From: Candidatus Methylomirabilia bacterium
GTDB lineage: Bacteria > Methylomirabilota > Methylomirabilia > Rokubacteriales > CSP1-6
Direction of reading: 5' to 3'
DNA: 64,000 bases
NCBI GenBank assembly: GCA_041496385.1
Contig: JBGQEL010000015.1
Coordinates: forward strand, 1-64,000
The position numbers were made by a program, and so were the translations under genes. Positions within the stretch are counted from its first letter, which is position 1; each line of letters starts with the position of its first letter. The notes beneath the pieces were generated by a model, which saw nothing but the letters and a program-made list of their open reading frames with translations, was not told where the DNA came from and searched no databases. Positions 41,096 through 50,419 of this stretch are shown in pieces.

Positions 41096-42265
41096 TTATA
41101 GCAATTCGACGAACAGGGCGTCAGAGACCAGGAAGCCCCGTTCGGTGAGACGCGCGCGGCCGCCCGCGAGCGCGAGCAGGCCCTCCGCCCGCCAGATCGC
41201 GACGCGGCGGGCGAGCGGCGCGTCGCCGGCGAGGCGCGCGTCGAGCCAGGCCGTCGGGACGCCGTCGGCGGTCCGCAGGCCGAGGATGAGCCGCTCGGCG
41301 AGCTGCTGGCGCGGCGTCAGCTCCTCGTGGGCATCGACCGGGAGGCCGCCCGCCTCGAGCGCCTCGCACCAGCGCGGTGTGGCCTTCGTGTTCGCGTACC
41401 GGACGCGGCCGAGGTACCCGCAGGCGCCCGGCCCGGCGGCGAGGTACTCCGCCGCGCGCCAGTAGACCTGGTTGTGGCGCGAGCGGTGGCCCGGGCGCGC
41501 GTAGTTGGAGATCTCGTAGTGCTCGAAGCCGCGCTCGGCCGCCGCGCGCGCGAGGGCCCAGTACTGGGCCACGGTGGTCTCCTCGGCCGGAAGATCCGCC
41601 ACGCCCGCGGCGCCCCAGAGGCTCCCGCCGTCGAGCGTGAGACCGTAGGCGGACAGGTGCTCGGGCGCCCAGTCGAGCACGGTCTCCACCGCGCCCGTCC
41701 AGCCCGCGAGGTCGAGGCCGGGGAGGCCGTACATGAGGTCCACGCTGAGGTCGGCGATGCCCGCCTCGCGCGCCGCCTCGAACGCCGCGCGCGCCCCGCG
41801 GCCGTCGTGCAGGCGGCCGAGGCGCGGGAGGACCGCGTCGTCGAGCGACTGGACGCCGAGGCTCACCCGCGTCACGCCCGCCCGGCGATAGGCGTCGAGC
41901 TTGGCGCGCGTCACGCTCTCGGGGTTGCACTCGACCGTGATCTCCGCGTCCGCGGCGACGGCGAAGCGGCGCCGGAGGCGGTCGAGCGCCGCGGCGAGGT
42001 CGGGGGGCTCGAGCAGCGACGGCGTGCCTCCGCCCAGGAAGACCGTCGCCACGCGGACGCGCGGCGCCCACGGCAGCTCGGCCAGCAGGTCGAGCTCGCG
42101 CGCGAGCGCGCCGAGGTAGCGCGCCATCGCGCCGTCCTCGAACGGAGCGGTGTTGAAGCTGCAGTAGTGGCAACGCTGCGCGCAGAACGGGACGTGGATG
42201 TAGAAGCCGAGCGTGTCCGAGACGGGCGGGCTCTCCGCGAGGACGGAGCCCGCGGCACCCGTCAC
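41096..42265 (-). CDS. hemW: radical SAM heme chaperone
   Basis: YIHVPFCAQRCHYCSF, GGGTPS, YEISNY, HNQVYW. Confidence 0.93.
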   Translation of the reverse strand: MTGAAGSVLAESPPVSDTLGFYIHVPFCAQRCHYCSFNTAPFEDGAMARYLGALARELDLLAELPWAPRVRVATVFLGGGTPSLLEPPDLAAALDRLRRRFAVAADAEITVECNPESVTRAKLDAYRRAGVTRVSLGVQSLDDAVLPRLGRLHDGRGARAAFEAAREAGIADLSVDLMYGLPGLDLAGWTGAVETVLDWAPEHLSAYGLTLDGGSLWGAAGVADLPAEETTVAQYWALARAAAERGFEHYEISNYARPGHRSRHNQVYWRAAEYLAAGPGACGYLGRVRYANTKATPRWCEALEAGGLPVDAHEELTPRQQLAERLILGLRTADGVPTAWLDARLAGDAPLARRVAIWRAEGLLALAGGRARLTERGFLVSDALFVELL

Positions 42266-42963
42266 GGAATATAGTGCGCGAGTCTCCACCAGCGGAGCCA
42301 GTGCCGGTCGCTGTCCCACGACCAGTAGATGAGGAAGGCCTTGCCCTTGATCTTGTCGCGCTTGACGAAGCCCCAGTAGCGGCTGTCCTGCGAGTTGTCG
42401 CGGTTGTCGCCCATGACGAAGTACGAGTCGGGCGGCACCAGGGTGGGCTCGCAGCCGTAGGCATAGCCGCAGTAGGTCTCCCCTCCGGACCGGCTCCACG
42501 CCGGGTCCGAGAACTTCGTGTACTCCTCGACCAGCGCGCGGCCGTTCACGAGCACTTGCCGTCCCTTGATCTGGATGCGGTCGCCGGGCGTGCCGATGAT
42601 GCGCTTGATGAAATCTCTCCGCTCATCTTGTGGATACTTGAACACGATGATGTCGCCGCGGTGCGGGCTCCGCAGGCCCGGCGCGCGCCACTCGACGACG
42701 GGCAGCTCCGCGCCGTAGAGGAACTTGTTGACGAGAATGTAGTCGCCGACGAGGAGCGTCTCCATCATGGAGCCGGAGGGGATCGTGAAGGCCTGGACGA
42801 CGAGGGCGCGGATCACGAGCGCCAGCACCACGGCCACGCCGATCGCCTCGGCGTACTCGCGGACGGCCGACTTCCGCCTGGGCGTCGCCTCCGCGGCCGC
42901 GGCGGGGGCGCTGTCCGGGCTGGACGGCGCGGGGACCGTGACTTCGACCTTCCGCTCGTCCAT
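42262..42963 (-). CDS. lepB: signal peptidase I
   Basis: IPSGSM, FIKR, GDNRDNSQDSRYWG. Confidence 0.97.
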   Translation of the reverse strand: MDERKVEVTVPAPSSPDSAPAAAAEATPRRKSAVREYAEAIGVAVVLALVIRALVVQAFTIPSGSMMETLLVGDYILVNKFLYGAELPVVEWRAPGLRSPHRGDIIVFKYPQDERRDFIKRIIGTPGDRIQIKGRQVLVNGRALVEEYTKFSDPAWSRSGGETYCGYAYGCEPTLVPPDSYFVMGDNRDNSQDSRYWGFVKRDKIKGKAFLIYWSWDSDRHWLRWWRLAHYIP

Positions 42964-42966
42964 CCG

Positions 42967-44757
42967 TCAGCTCTTCAGGACCGACAGGAACGCCTCCTGC
43001 GGGACCTCGACCTTGCCGACCTGCTTCATGCGCTTCTTTCCCTCTTTCTGGCGCTCGAGCAGCTTGCGCTTCCGCGTGATGTCACCGCCGTAGCACTTGG
43101 CCGTGACGTTCTTGCCCATGGCCTTCACCGTCTCGCGCGCGATCACGCGGCTGCCGATCGCCGCCTGGATCGCGACCTCGAAGAGCTGGCGCGGGATGAC
43201 GGCGCGGAGCTTCTCGACGAGCGCCTTGCCCTTCTCGTAGGCCTTCTCGCGGTGGGCGATGACGCTGAGCGCGTCGACCGGGTCGCCGTTCAGGAGGATG
43301 TCGAGCTTGACGAGCTGCGAGGGCCGGAAGGCGGCGAACTCGTAGTCGAACGACGCGTACCCCTTGGAGATGGACTTCAGCCGGTCGTAGAAGTCGACGA
43401 CGATCTCGGCGAGCGGGAAGTCGAACCGGATGTGCACGCGTTTGCCGTGGTACTCGAGCGACACGTGCTCGCCGCGCTTCTCCTGTGCGAGCTTGTAGAT
43501 CGTCGTCATGAACTCCGTCGGCACGAAGATCGACGACGTGACGTAGGGCTCCTCCATCGCCTCGATCCGGTCGGGCGTGGGCATCTTCGACGGGTTCTCG
43601 ATCTCGAGCAGCTCGCCCGCCGTCGTGAGGATGCGATAGCGCACGCTCGGCGCGGTGACGATCAGCGAGAGGTCGAACTCGCGCTCGAGCCGCTCCTGGA
43701 CGATCTCCATGTGGAGCATGCCGAGGAAGCCGCAGCGGAAGCCGTAGCCGAGGGCGAGCGACGTCTCGGGCTCATACGTGAAGGCCGGATCGTTCAGGCG
43801 CAGCTTCTCGAGCGCGTCGCGGAGCGCCTCGTAGTCGGTGTCCTCGATCGGGTAGAGCCCCGCGAAGACCATGGGCTTGGCGTCGCGGTAGCCCGGAAAG
43901 GCCGCCGGCGTCGGGCGCGCGGCCTCGGTGATCGTCTCGCCGACCTTCGCGTCGGCCACGCGCTTGATCCCCGCGATGACGTAGCCCACCTGGCCGGCCG
44001 AGAGCTCCTCGACGGGCCGCATGTCCGGCGAGAAGACGCCGACCTGCTGGACGTCGTACGCGCGGCCGTTCGACATCAGGAGGATCCGTGTCCCCTGGCG
44101 TACCCGGCCGTCCGTGAGCCGCACGTAGACGACGACGCCCTGGTAGGCGTCGTAGAAGGAGTCGAAGACCAGCGCCTTGAGCGGCGCGTCCGGGTCGCCC
44201 TTCGGCGGCGGGATCCGCGCCACGATCGCCTCGAGCACGTCGGGCACGCCGGTGCCGTGCTTCGCCGAGATCGCGAGCGCCTCGCTCCCGTCGAGGTCGA
44301 GCGTCTCCGTGATCGCCAGACGCGTGGCCTCGACGTCGGCCGCGGGCAGGTCGATCTTGTTGATGACGGGGATGATCGTGAGATTGGCGTCGCTCGCGAG
44401 ATAGAAGTTCGCGAGCGTCTGCGCCTCGATCCCCTGCGCGGCGTCGATGATGAGGACCGCGCCCTCGCACGCGGTGAGCGCCTTCGACACCTCGTACGAG
44501 AAGTCGACGTGGCCCGGCGTGTCGATGAGGTTCAGCGTGTACTCGTGCCCGTCGCGCGCCTTGTAGAGGAGGCGCACCGTGTGCGCCTTGATCGTGATGC
44601 CGCGCTCGCGCTCGAGGTCCATCGAGTCGAGCACCTGGTCCACGGCCTTCTTGGCGTCCATCGTGCCGGTGAGCGACAGCAGCCGGTCGGCCAGCGTCGA
44701 CTTGCCGTGATCGATGTGGGCGATGATCGAGAAATTGCGGATGCGGGACAGCGTCAT
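42967..44757 (-). CDS. lepA: elongation factor 4
   Basis: [30 protein letters not shown]. Confidence 0.99.
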   Translation of the reverse strand: MTLSRIRNFSIIAHIDHGKSTLADRLLSLTGTMDAKKAVDQVLDSMDLERERGITIKAHTVRLLYKARDGHEYTLNLIDTPGHVDFSYEVSKALTACEGAVLIIDAAQGIEAQTLANFYLASDANLTIIPVINKIDLPAADVEATRLAITETLDLDGSEALAISAKHGTGVPDVLEAIVARIPPPKGDPDAPLKALVFDSFYDAYQGVVVYVRLTDGRVRQGTRILLMSNGRAYDVQQVGVFSPDMRPVEELSAGQVGYVIAGIKRVADAKVGETITEAARPTPAAFPGYRDAKPMVFAGLYPIEDTDYEALRDALEKLRLNDPAFTYEPETSLALGYGFRCGFLGMLHMEIVQERLEREFDLSLIVTAPSVRYRILTTAGELLEIENPSKMPTPDRIEAMEEPYVTSSIFVPTEFMTTIYKLAQEKRGEHVSLEYHGKRVHIRFDFPLAEIVVDFYDRLKSISKGYASFDYEFAAFRPSQLVKLDILLNGDPVDALSVIAHREKAYEKGKALVEKLRAVIPRQLFEVAIQAAIGSRVIARETVKAMGKNVTAKCYGGDITRKRKLLERQKEGKKRMKQVGKVEVPQEAFLSVLKS

Positions 44758-44810
44758 CGCCTCAGTCTAACACGTGGCCCTGCGCGCCGAGGGCCGTCGG
44801 CTCGAGAAAA

Positions 44811-45869
44811 CTATCGCGTCAGCGTCGTGCGCTCGGGGATCACGGCGCCGGATTCCAGGACGACGCCGGCGCCCAGGCGCGCGTGGGCGCCGATCCGCAC
44901 GTCGGCGCCGACGACGCAGTCGCGGAGGATCGCGCCCGGGCCGACCTCGACCCGCTCCCACAGCACGGTGCTCTCCACGCGGGCGTCGGGCCCGATCGAC
45001 GAGCCGTCGCCGACGACCGCCGACGGGCCGACCCGGCAGCCTCCGGCGAGCGTGACGCCGGCGCCGATCACCGAGGGGGCGACCACGCGGGCGTCGCCGG
45101 CCGTCGTGCCGCCGGCGCCGATCCAGCTGCCGTCGCGGAGCTCGCCCGGCGGCGCGAGCCCCAGGTGCGCGCGGCCCTCGAGGAGGTCCATCTGGGCGGC
45201 GTGGTAGGCGGCGGGCGTGCCGATGTCCCGCCAGTAGGCCGTCGCCGTCCAGCCGAAGCAGGGGATGCGGTCGGCGATCAGCGCGGGGAAGAACTCGCGC
45301 TCGAGCGAGACGGGCCCCTCGCGCGGGATGCGGCGGAGCAACGTCGCGTCGAGGAGGTAGACGCCCGCGTTCACGGTATCGGTGGCGATCGCCTCGCCCG
45401 CGGCGGGCTTCTCGCGGAACGCCGTGAGGCGCCCCTGCGCGTCGGTCTCGACGAGACCGTACTGGCGGGGGTCGTCGACGCGCGTGAGGAAGATGGTCGC
45501 GCGCGAGCCTCGGGCTTCGTGGAAGCCGCGCATCGCGGTGAGGTCGGCGTCGGTGAGGACGTCGCCGTTCAGGACGAAGACGGTACCCGACGCGAGGTCG
45601 GCGGCGTTGGCGACGCCGCCCCCGGTGCCGAGCGGCTCCCGCTCGATCACGTAGCGGAGTGTGACGCCGAGATGCTCGGCGTCGCCGAGCGCGCCACGGA
45701 CGTCGTCGACGCGGTACGAGCAGGCGAGGATCGCGTCCGTGACGCCGTGCTTGCGGAGCAGCGCGAGCTGGTGGGCCAGGAACGGGCGGTTGAGCAGCGG
45801 GACGACCGGCTTGGCCCGGGCGATCGTGAGCGGCCGCAGGCGCGTGCCCTGGCCGCCGGCCAGGATCAC
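44811..45869 (-). CDS. NDP-sugar synthase (mannose-1-phosphate guanylyltransferase-like); start uncertain
   Basis: ILAGGQGTRLRPLT..KP, EPLGTGG, NGD, WRDIGT, C-terminal hexapeptide repeats. Confidence 0.9.
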   Translation of the reverse strand: MILAGGQGTRLRPLTIARAKPVVPLLNRPFLAHQLALLRKHGVTDAILACSYRVDDVRGALGDAEHLGVTLRYVIEREPLGTGGGVANAADLASGTVFVLNGDVLTDADLTAMRGFHEARGSRATIFLTRVDDPRQYGLVETDAQGRLTAFREKPAAGEAIATDTVNAGVYLLDATLLRRIPREGPVSLEREFFPALIADRIPCFGWTATAYWRDIGTPAAYHAAQMDLLEGRAHLGLAPPGELRDGSWIGAGGTTAGDARVVAPSVIGAGVTLAGGCRVGPSAVVGDGSSIGPDARVESTVLWERVEVGPGAILRDCVVGADVRIGAHARLGAGVVLESGAVIPERTTLTR

Positions 45870-45895
45870 CGCCTGCGTGGGGCGATCGCCGGCGT

Positions 45896-46066
45896 CTACG
45901 TGCCGGGCGACCAGGCCTGCGCCTCGTTGATCAGCATCACGGGGATCCCGTCGCGGATCGGGTAGGCCTTGCGGCACGCGGCGCAGATGATCCGCGTCTC
46001 CTCGAATTGCAGGTCCCCCTTGCACGCCGGGCACACCAGGATCGCCTTGAGCTCGTCGTCGATCAC
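45896..46066 (-). CDS. Trm112/YcaR family protein
   Basis: ILVCPACKG..YPIRDGIPVML. Confidence 0.9.
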   Translation of the reverse strand: MIDDELKAILVCPACKGDLQFEETRIICAACRKAYPIRDGIPVMLINEAQAWSPGT

Positions 46067-46992
46067 CGTCCCACCCCCTTTCTGAACCATGCGAGCGTTT
46101 TCGCGAGACCGTCGTCGAGCGGCGTCGCGGGTGTCCAGCCGAGCCACGCCCCGGCCCGCGCCGGGTCGAGCACGCTGTGCCGCTGCTCGCCGGCCCGCGC
46201 CGGTCCGAACTCCGGCGGCCGCGTCACGCCGGCGAGGCGGGCGAGCCGTCCGTAGATGTCGTTCACCGAGGTGGCGACGCCCGTCGCGATGTTGACGATG
46301 CCGGCCACGTCAGGGTACGCCACGGCGCGCGCGAGCGCATCCGTCACGTCCTCCACGAAGACGTAGTCGCGCGTCTGCGCGCCGTCGCCGTTCACGCGGC
46401 ACGCTGCGCCCGCGAGGAGCCGGGAGGCGAAGATCGCGACGACACCGGCCTCGCCCGCCGGGTCCTGTCGCGGGCCGTAGACGTTCGCGAACCGGAGCGT
46501 GAGCGCGCTGCCACCCGAAAGACCGGCCCAGCACTCGAGAGTGCGCTCGGCCGCGAGCTTCGAGACGCCGTAGGGCGACGCGGGCCGCAGCGGATGGTCC
46601 TCGGGCGTCGGCATCACCTGGGTGTCGCCGTACGCGGCGCCGCCGGTCGAGGTGTACACGACGCGTCGCACCGCGGCGCGCCGGCACGCCTCGAGCACCG
46701 CGAGCGTGCCGACGACGTTGACGCCGGCGTCGTGGACCGGATCGGCGACCGACCGCGCGACCGAGGCCTGCGCGGCGACGTGGACGACCGTGTCGGGCCG
46801 CGCGGCCTCGAACACCCCGCCCAGGCGCGGGCTCCGGATGTCGCACACGTGGAGCCGCGCGCGCGCGTGGACGTTCGCGCGCCGGCCGGTGCTCAGGTTG
46901 TCCACGACGTGCACCTCGTGGCCGTCCGCGAGCAGACGGTCCACCGCGTGGGAGCCGATGAAGCCCGCGCCACCCGTGACGAGGACCCTCAT
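46063..46992 (-). CDS. NAD-dependent epimerase (UDP-glucose 4-epimerase-like)
   Basis: [29 protein letters not shown]. Confidence 0.9.
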   Translation of the reverse strand: MRVLVTGGAGFIGSHAVDRLLADGHEVHVVDNLSTGRRANVHARARLHVCDIRSPRLGGVFEAARPDTVVHVAAQASVARSVADPVHDAGVNVVGTLAVLEACRRAAVRRVVYTSTGGAAYGDTQVMPTPEDHPLRPASPYGVSKLAAERTLECWAGLSGGSALTLRFANVYGPRQDPAGEAGVVAIFASRLLAGAACRVNGDGAQTRDYVFVEDVTDALARAVAYPDVAGIVNIATGVATSVNDIYGRLARLAGVTRPPEFGPARAGEQRHSVLDPARAGAWLGWTPATPLDDGLAKTLAWFRKGVGR

Positions 46993-47924
46993 CCGCGCAG
47001 CGTCCGCGTGAACCACTCGATCGTCAGGCGAAGGCCCTCGTCGACGTCCACGCGCGGCTCCCAGCCGAGCAGCGCGCGCGCGCGTCCGATGTCCGGCTGG
47101 CGGACCTTCGGGTCGTCCACCGGGAGCGGGCGGAAGACGATCTCGCTCCGTGAGCCGGTGAGCCGGAGGATCCGCTTCGCGAGCTCGAGCAGCGTCATCT
47201 CCTGCGGGCTGCCCAGGTTGACCGGTTCCTCGACCGGCGCCCGCATGAGCCGCCAGAGGCCGTCCACGAGGTCGGAGATGTACTGGAACGAGCGCGTCTG
47301 CGAGCCGTCGCCGAAGACCGTCAGCGGCGCGCCCGCGAGCGCCTGGGTGACGAACGCCGGGATCGCGCGCCCGTCGTTGAGGCGCATCCGCGGGCCGTGG
47401 GTGTTGAAGATCCGGGCGATGCGCGTGTCCACGCCGTGGGTGCGATGGTACGCCACCGTGATCGCCTCGGCGAAGCGCTTGGCCTCGTCGTAGACGCCGC
47501 GCGGCCCGATCGGGTTCACGTTGCCCCAGTAGTCCTCGCGCTGCGGATGCACGAGCGGATCGCCGTAGACCTCCGAGGTCGAGGTCAGCAGAAAGCGCGC
47601 GCCCTTCGCCTTGGCGAGGCCGAGCGCGTTGTGCGTGCCGAGCGCCCCGACCTTCAGCGTCTGGATCGGCAGCTCGAGGTAGTCGCGCGGCGACGCGGGG
47701 CTCGCGAGGTGCAGTACCCAGTCGAGCGGTCCGTCCACGCGGATGTACTCGGTCACGTTGTGGCGGATCAGGCCGAAGCCGGGCCGGCCGGCGAAGGCGG
47801 CGACGTTGTCGGGCGACCCGGTGATGAAGTTGTCGACGCAGACGACCTCCCAGCCCTGGGCGAGGAGGAATTCGCAGAGGTGGGAGCCGATGAATCCCGC
47901 GCCGCCGGTCACCATGGCCCGCAT
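46989..47924 (-). CDS. UDP-glucuronate decarboxylase family
   Basis: [41 protein letters not shown]. Confidence 0.92.
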   Translation of the reverse strand: MRAMVTGGAGFIGSHLCEFLLAQGWEVVCVDNFITGSPDNVAAFAGRPGFGLIRHNVTEYIRVDGPLDWVLHLASPASPRDYLELPIQTLKVGALGTHNALGLAKAKGARFLLTSTSEVYGDPLVHPQREDYWGNVNPIGPRGVYDEAKRFAEAITVAYHRTHGVDTRIARIFNTHGPRMRLNDGRAIPAFVTQALAGAPLTVFGDGSQTRSFQYISDLVDGLWRLMRAPVEEPVNLGSPQEMTLLELAKRILRLTGSRSEIVFRPLPVDDPKVRQPDIGRARALLGWEPRVDVDEGLRLTIEWFTRTLRG

Positions 47925-47932
47925 GCGGCGCG

Positions 47933-49243
47933 TCAGGCGGGCAGGACGGGCTTGCGGCCGATCGAGTGGTACTCGAAGCCCAGGCGCCGCATCCGTTCGG
48001 GCTCCCAGAGGTTCCGGCCGTCGAAGACGACCGGGCGCCGCATCACGGCCCGGAGCCGGTCGAGGTTCAGCTGCTTGAACTCGTTCCACTCGGTGACGAG
48101 CGCGACGGCGTCGGCGTCCGCCGCGGCGTCGTAGGGTGACTCGCAGAAGACGACGCCCTTCGGCAGCAGCGTGCGCGCGTTCTCGGTCGCGACCGGATCG
48201 TAGGCGCGCACCGTCGCGCCGAGCTCGGCGAGGCGGGCGATCACCTCGACCGACTTCGCCTCGCGCATGTCGTCGGTGTTCGGCTTGAAGGAAAGGCCGA
48301 GCACCGCGATGGTCTTGTCGTCGAGCGGCGCGAGCGCCTTCTCGATGATGCGCACGAAGTGGGACGCCCGCTCGCGGTTCGTCTCGACCACGGCCCGGAG
48401 GAGCGCGAAGTCCGCCCCGAGCGCCGCCGCCGTGTGGACGAGCGAGTCGGTGTCCTTCGGAAAGCAGCTCCCGCCGTAGCCCAGGCCGGCCTGCAGGAAC
48501 GCCCCACCGATCCGCGGGTCGAGCCCCATCGCCTTCATCACCTGCGTCACGTCGGCGCCCGCCAGCTCGCAGATGTTCGCGACGGCGTTCATGAACGAGA
48601 TCTTCGTCGCGAGGAAGGCGTTCGACGCGTACTTGATCATCTCCGCGGAGGGTACGTCGGTGATGATCATCGGGCGCTCGAGCGGCGCGTAGAGCTCGAG
48701 GAGCGTCATCGCGACCTGCTGCGTGGGCGCGCCGATCACGATCCGGTCGGGCCGCAGCGTGTCCTCGATGGCCGAGCCCTCGCGCAGGAACTCGGGATTC
48801 GAGACGACGTCGAAGGGGATCGGCGTCGGCTGGTGGCGCTCGATCACCTCGCGCACGAGCTCGCCGGTGCCCACGGGCACCGTGGACTTGTTGACGATGA
48901 CCGTGTAGCGCTCCATCGCCTGCGCGATCTGCCGCGCGACGCTCTCGACCGCGGCCAGGTCGGTCTGTCCGCCGTCCTTGGCGGGCGTGCCGACCGTGAT
49001 GAAGATGATGACCGAGCGGCGCGCGGCGGCGGCGAGGTCGGTGGTGAAGGTGAGCCGCCCGTCGGCGGCGGTGCGCGCGACCATCTCCTCGAGGCCGGGC
49101 TCGTAGATCGGCATCTTGCCCGCCTGGAGCCCAGCGATCTTCTCGTCTACGTTGTCGACGCAGACGACCTCGTTGCCGAGGTCCGCGAACACCGCACCCG
49201 TGACGAGCCCGACGTAACCGGTGCCGACGACGCAGATGTTCAT
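47933..49243 (-). CDS. ugd: UDP-glucose 6-dehydrogenase
   Basis: [30 protein letters not shown]. Confidence 0.95.
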   Translation of the reverse strand: MNICVVGTGYVGLVTGAVFADLGNEVVCVDNVDEKIAGLQAGKMPIYEPGLEEMVARTAADGRLTFTTDLAAAARRSVIIFITVGTPAKDGGQTDLAAVESVARQIAQAMERYTVIVNKSTVPVGTGELVREVIERHQPTPIPFDVVSNPEFLREGSAIEDTLRPDRIVIGAPTQQVAMTLLELYAPLERPMIITDVPSAEMIKYASNAFLATKISFMNAVANICELAGADVTQVMKAMGLDPRIGGAFLQAGLGYGGSCFPKDTDSLVHTAAALGADFALLRAVVETNRERASHFVRIIEKALAPLDDKTIAVLGLSFKPNTDDMREAKSVEVIARLAELGATVRAYDPVATENARTLLPKGVVFCESPYDAAADADAVALVTEWNEFKQLNLDRLRAVMRRPVVFDGRNLWEPERMRRLGFEYHSIGRKPVLPA

Positions 49244-49259
49244 GAGCGCGCGAGCTCGA

Positions 49260-50072
49260 TCATAGCAGAGGTCTTCCGGCCGGCGGCGCTTCCTCGTCGG
49301 GCTCGGCGGCGACCCAGCGGAAGAAGACCACGCTGAACGCCGCGAGCGGAATCAGACCGCCGGGCACCCACATGATGAGACCGCCGATGCGCTGGTCGGC
49401 GAGCGGATCGAGGCCCCAGAGGCGCGGCGCCGCCGCGTAGTAGGGATAGAGCACGCGCTCGGCGCCCGTGATCATCGAGGCGACGACCGTCATCGGGATG
49501 CCGAACGCGAACAGGTAGAGGATCTGCGCGCCGTAGTGCAGCCGCGGCGCCAGGGCCGACGCCGACAGGACCGGCCACCAGGCGAGCACGGACGTCGCGA
49601 GGAGGACGAGGTGCTCCACGACGTGCCAGCCGTGGTGCTCGAGCGCCGTGTTGTACGGGCCGGGGAGGTGCCAGGCGATGAGGGCGACCGAGGCCAGGCC
49701 GAGCGCCGGCACGGGCCGCGTCGCGACCCGCACGGCGAACCGGCCGAGCGTCCATCGCTGAAGGGGCGCGAGCAGCCGGTCGAGCATCCAGCCGGGCGTC
49801 CCCGCGAGCAGGAGCGGCGCCGCGACGAGCGTCAGCAGCAGGTGCTGGACCATGTGCGCGCTGAACAGATAGTAGTCGCTCAGATCGTGGAGCGGGCCGT
49901 TCAGCGCGAGCAGGAGCACCCCGAGGCCGGTGAAGAAGCGCGCGGCGTCGGGTCCGCGCCGGTGCGGCGCGCCCGCCCAGGCGACCGCGTAGGCGAGCGC
50001 GAGGAGCCCGACGCCGAGGAGGACGTCGCCGTGGAGCTCGCCGGACGTCCACGAGAACTGGGGCGGGCGCAC
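49260..50072 (-). CDS. ctaG: caa3-type oxidase assembly factor (Caa3_CtaG)
   Basis: FSAHMVQH, WHLP, DQRIGGLIMW. Confidence 0.9.
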   Translation of the reverse strand: MRPPQFSWTSGELHGDVLLGVGLLALAYAVAWAGAPHRRGPDAARFFTGLGVLLLALNGPLHDLSDYYLFSAHMVQHLLLTLVAAPLLLAGTPGWMLDRLLAPLQRWTLGRFAVRVATRPVPALGLASVALIAWHLPGPYNTALEHHGWHVVEHLVLLATSVLAWWPVLSASALAPRLHYGAQILYLFAFGIPMTVVASMITGAERVLYPYYAAAPRLWGLDPLADQRIGGLIMWVPGGLIPLAAFSVVFFRWVAAEPDEEAPPAGRPLL

Positions 50073-50076
50073 GCGC

Positions 50077-50409
50077 CTACCGTCCGAAGACCAGGAAGGC
50101 GCCCGTGAGCGTCATGAGCGCGATCGCGATTCCGGTGGCGAGCAGGAGCGGGCCGGCGAAGAGCACGGCGAGCGCGCGCGAGTCGTAGCGGAGGTGCATG
50201 AAGAAGAGGACCACCAGCGCGAACTTCCCCGCGGACAGGACGAGGAGCAGCGGCACCAGGATCGGCGTGAGCGCGCGGATGTAGATGGAGCCGAACTCGA
50301 GCGCGGTGACGACCGTCAGGATCGCGGCGACCTTCAGATAGGTCCCGGTGGATGCGTGCGCCGCGTGGGGCCCCGTGTCCGGCCCCATGTCCGGCGTCTG
50401 TTCGCTCAC
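50077..50409 (-). CDS. cytochrome c oxidase subunit IV
   Basis: K..LVVLFFMHL; three TM helices. Confidence 0.88.
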   Translation of the reverse strand: MSEQTPDMGPDTGPHAAHASTGTYLKVAAILTVVTALEFGSIYIRALTPILVPLLLVLSAGKFALVVLFFMHLRYDSRALAVLFAGPLLLATGIAIALMTLTGAFLVFGR

Positions 50410-50419
50410 GGCGTCGCCC

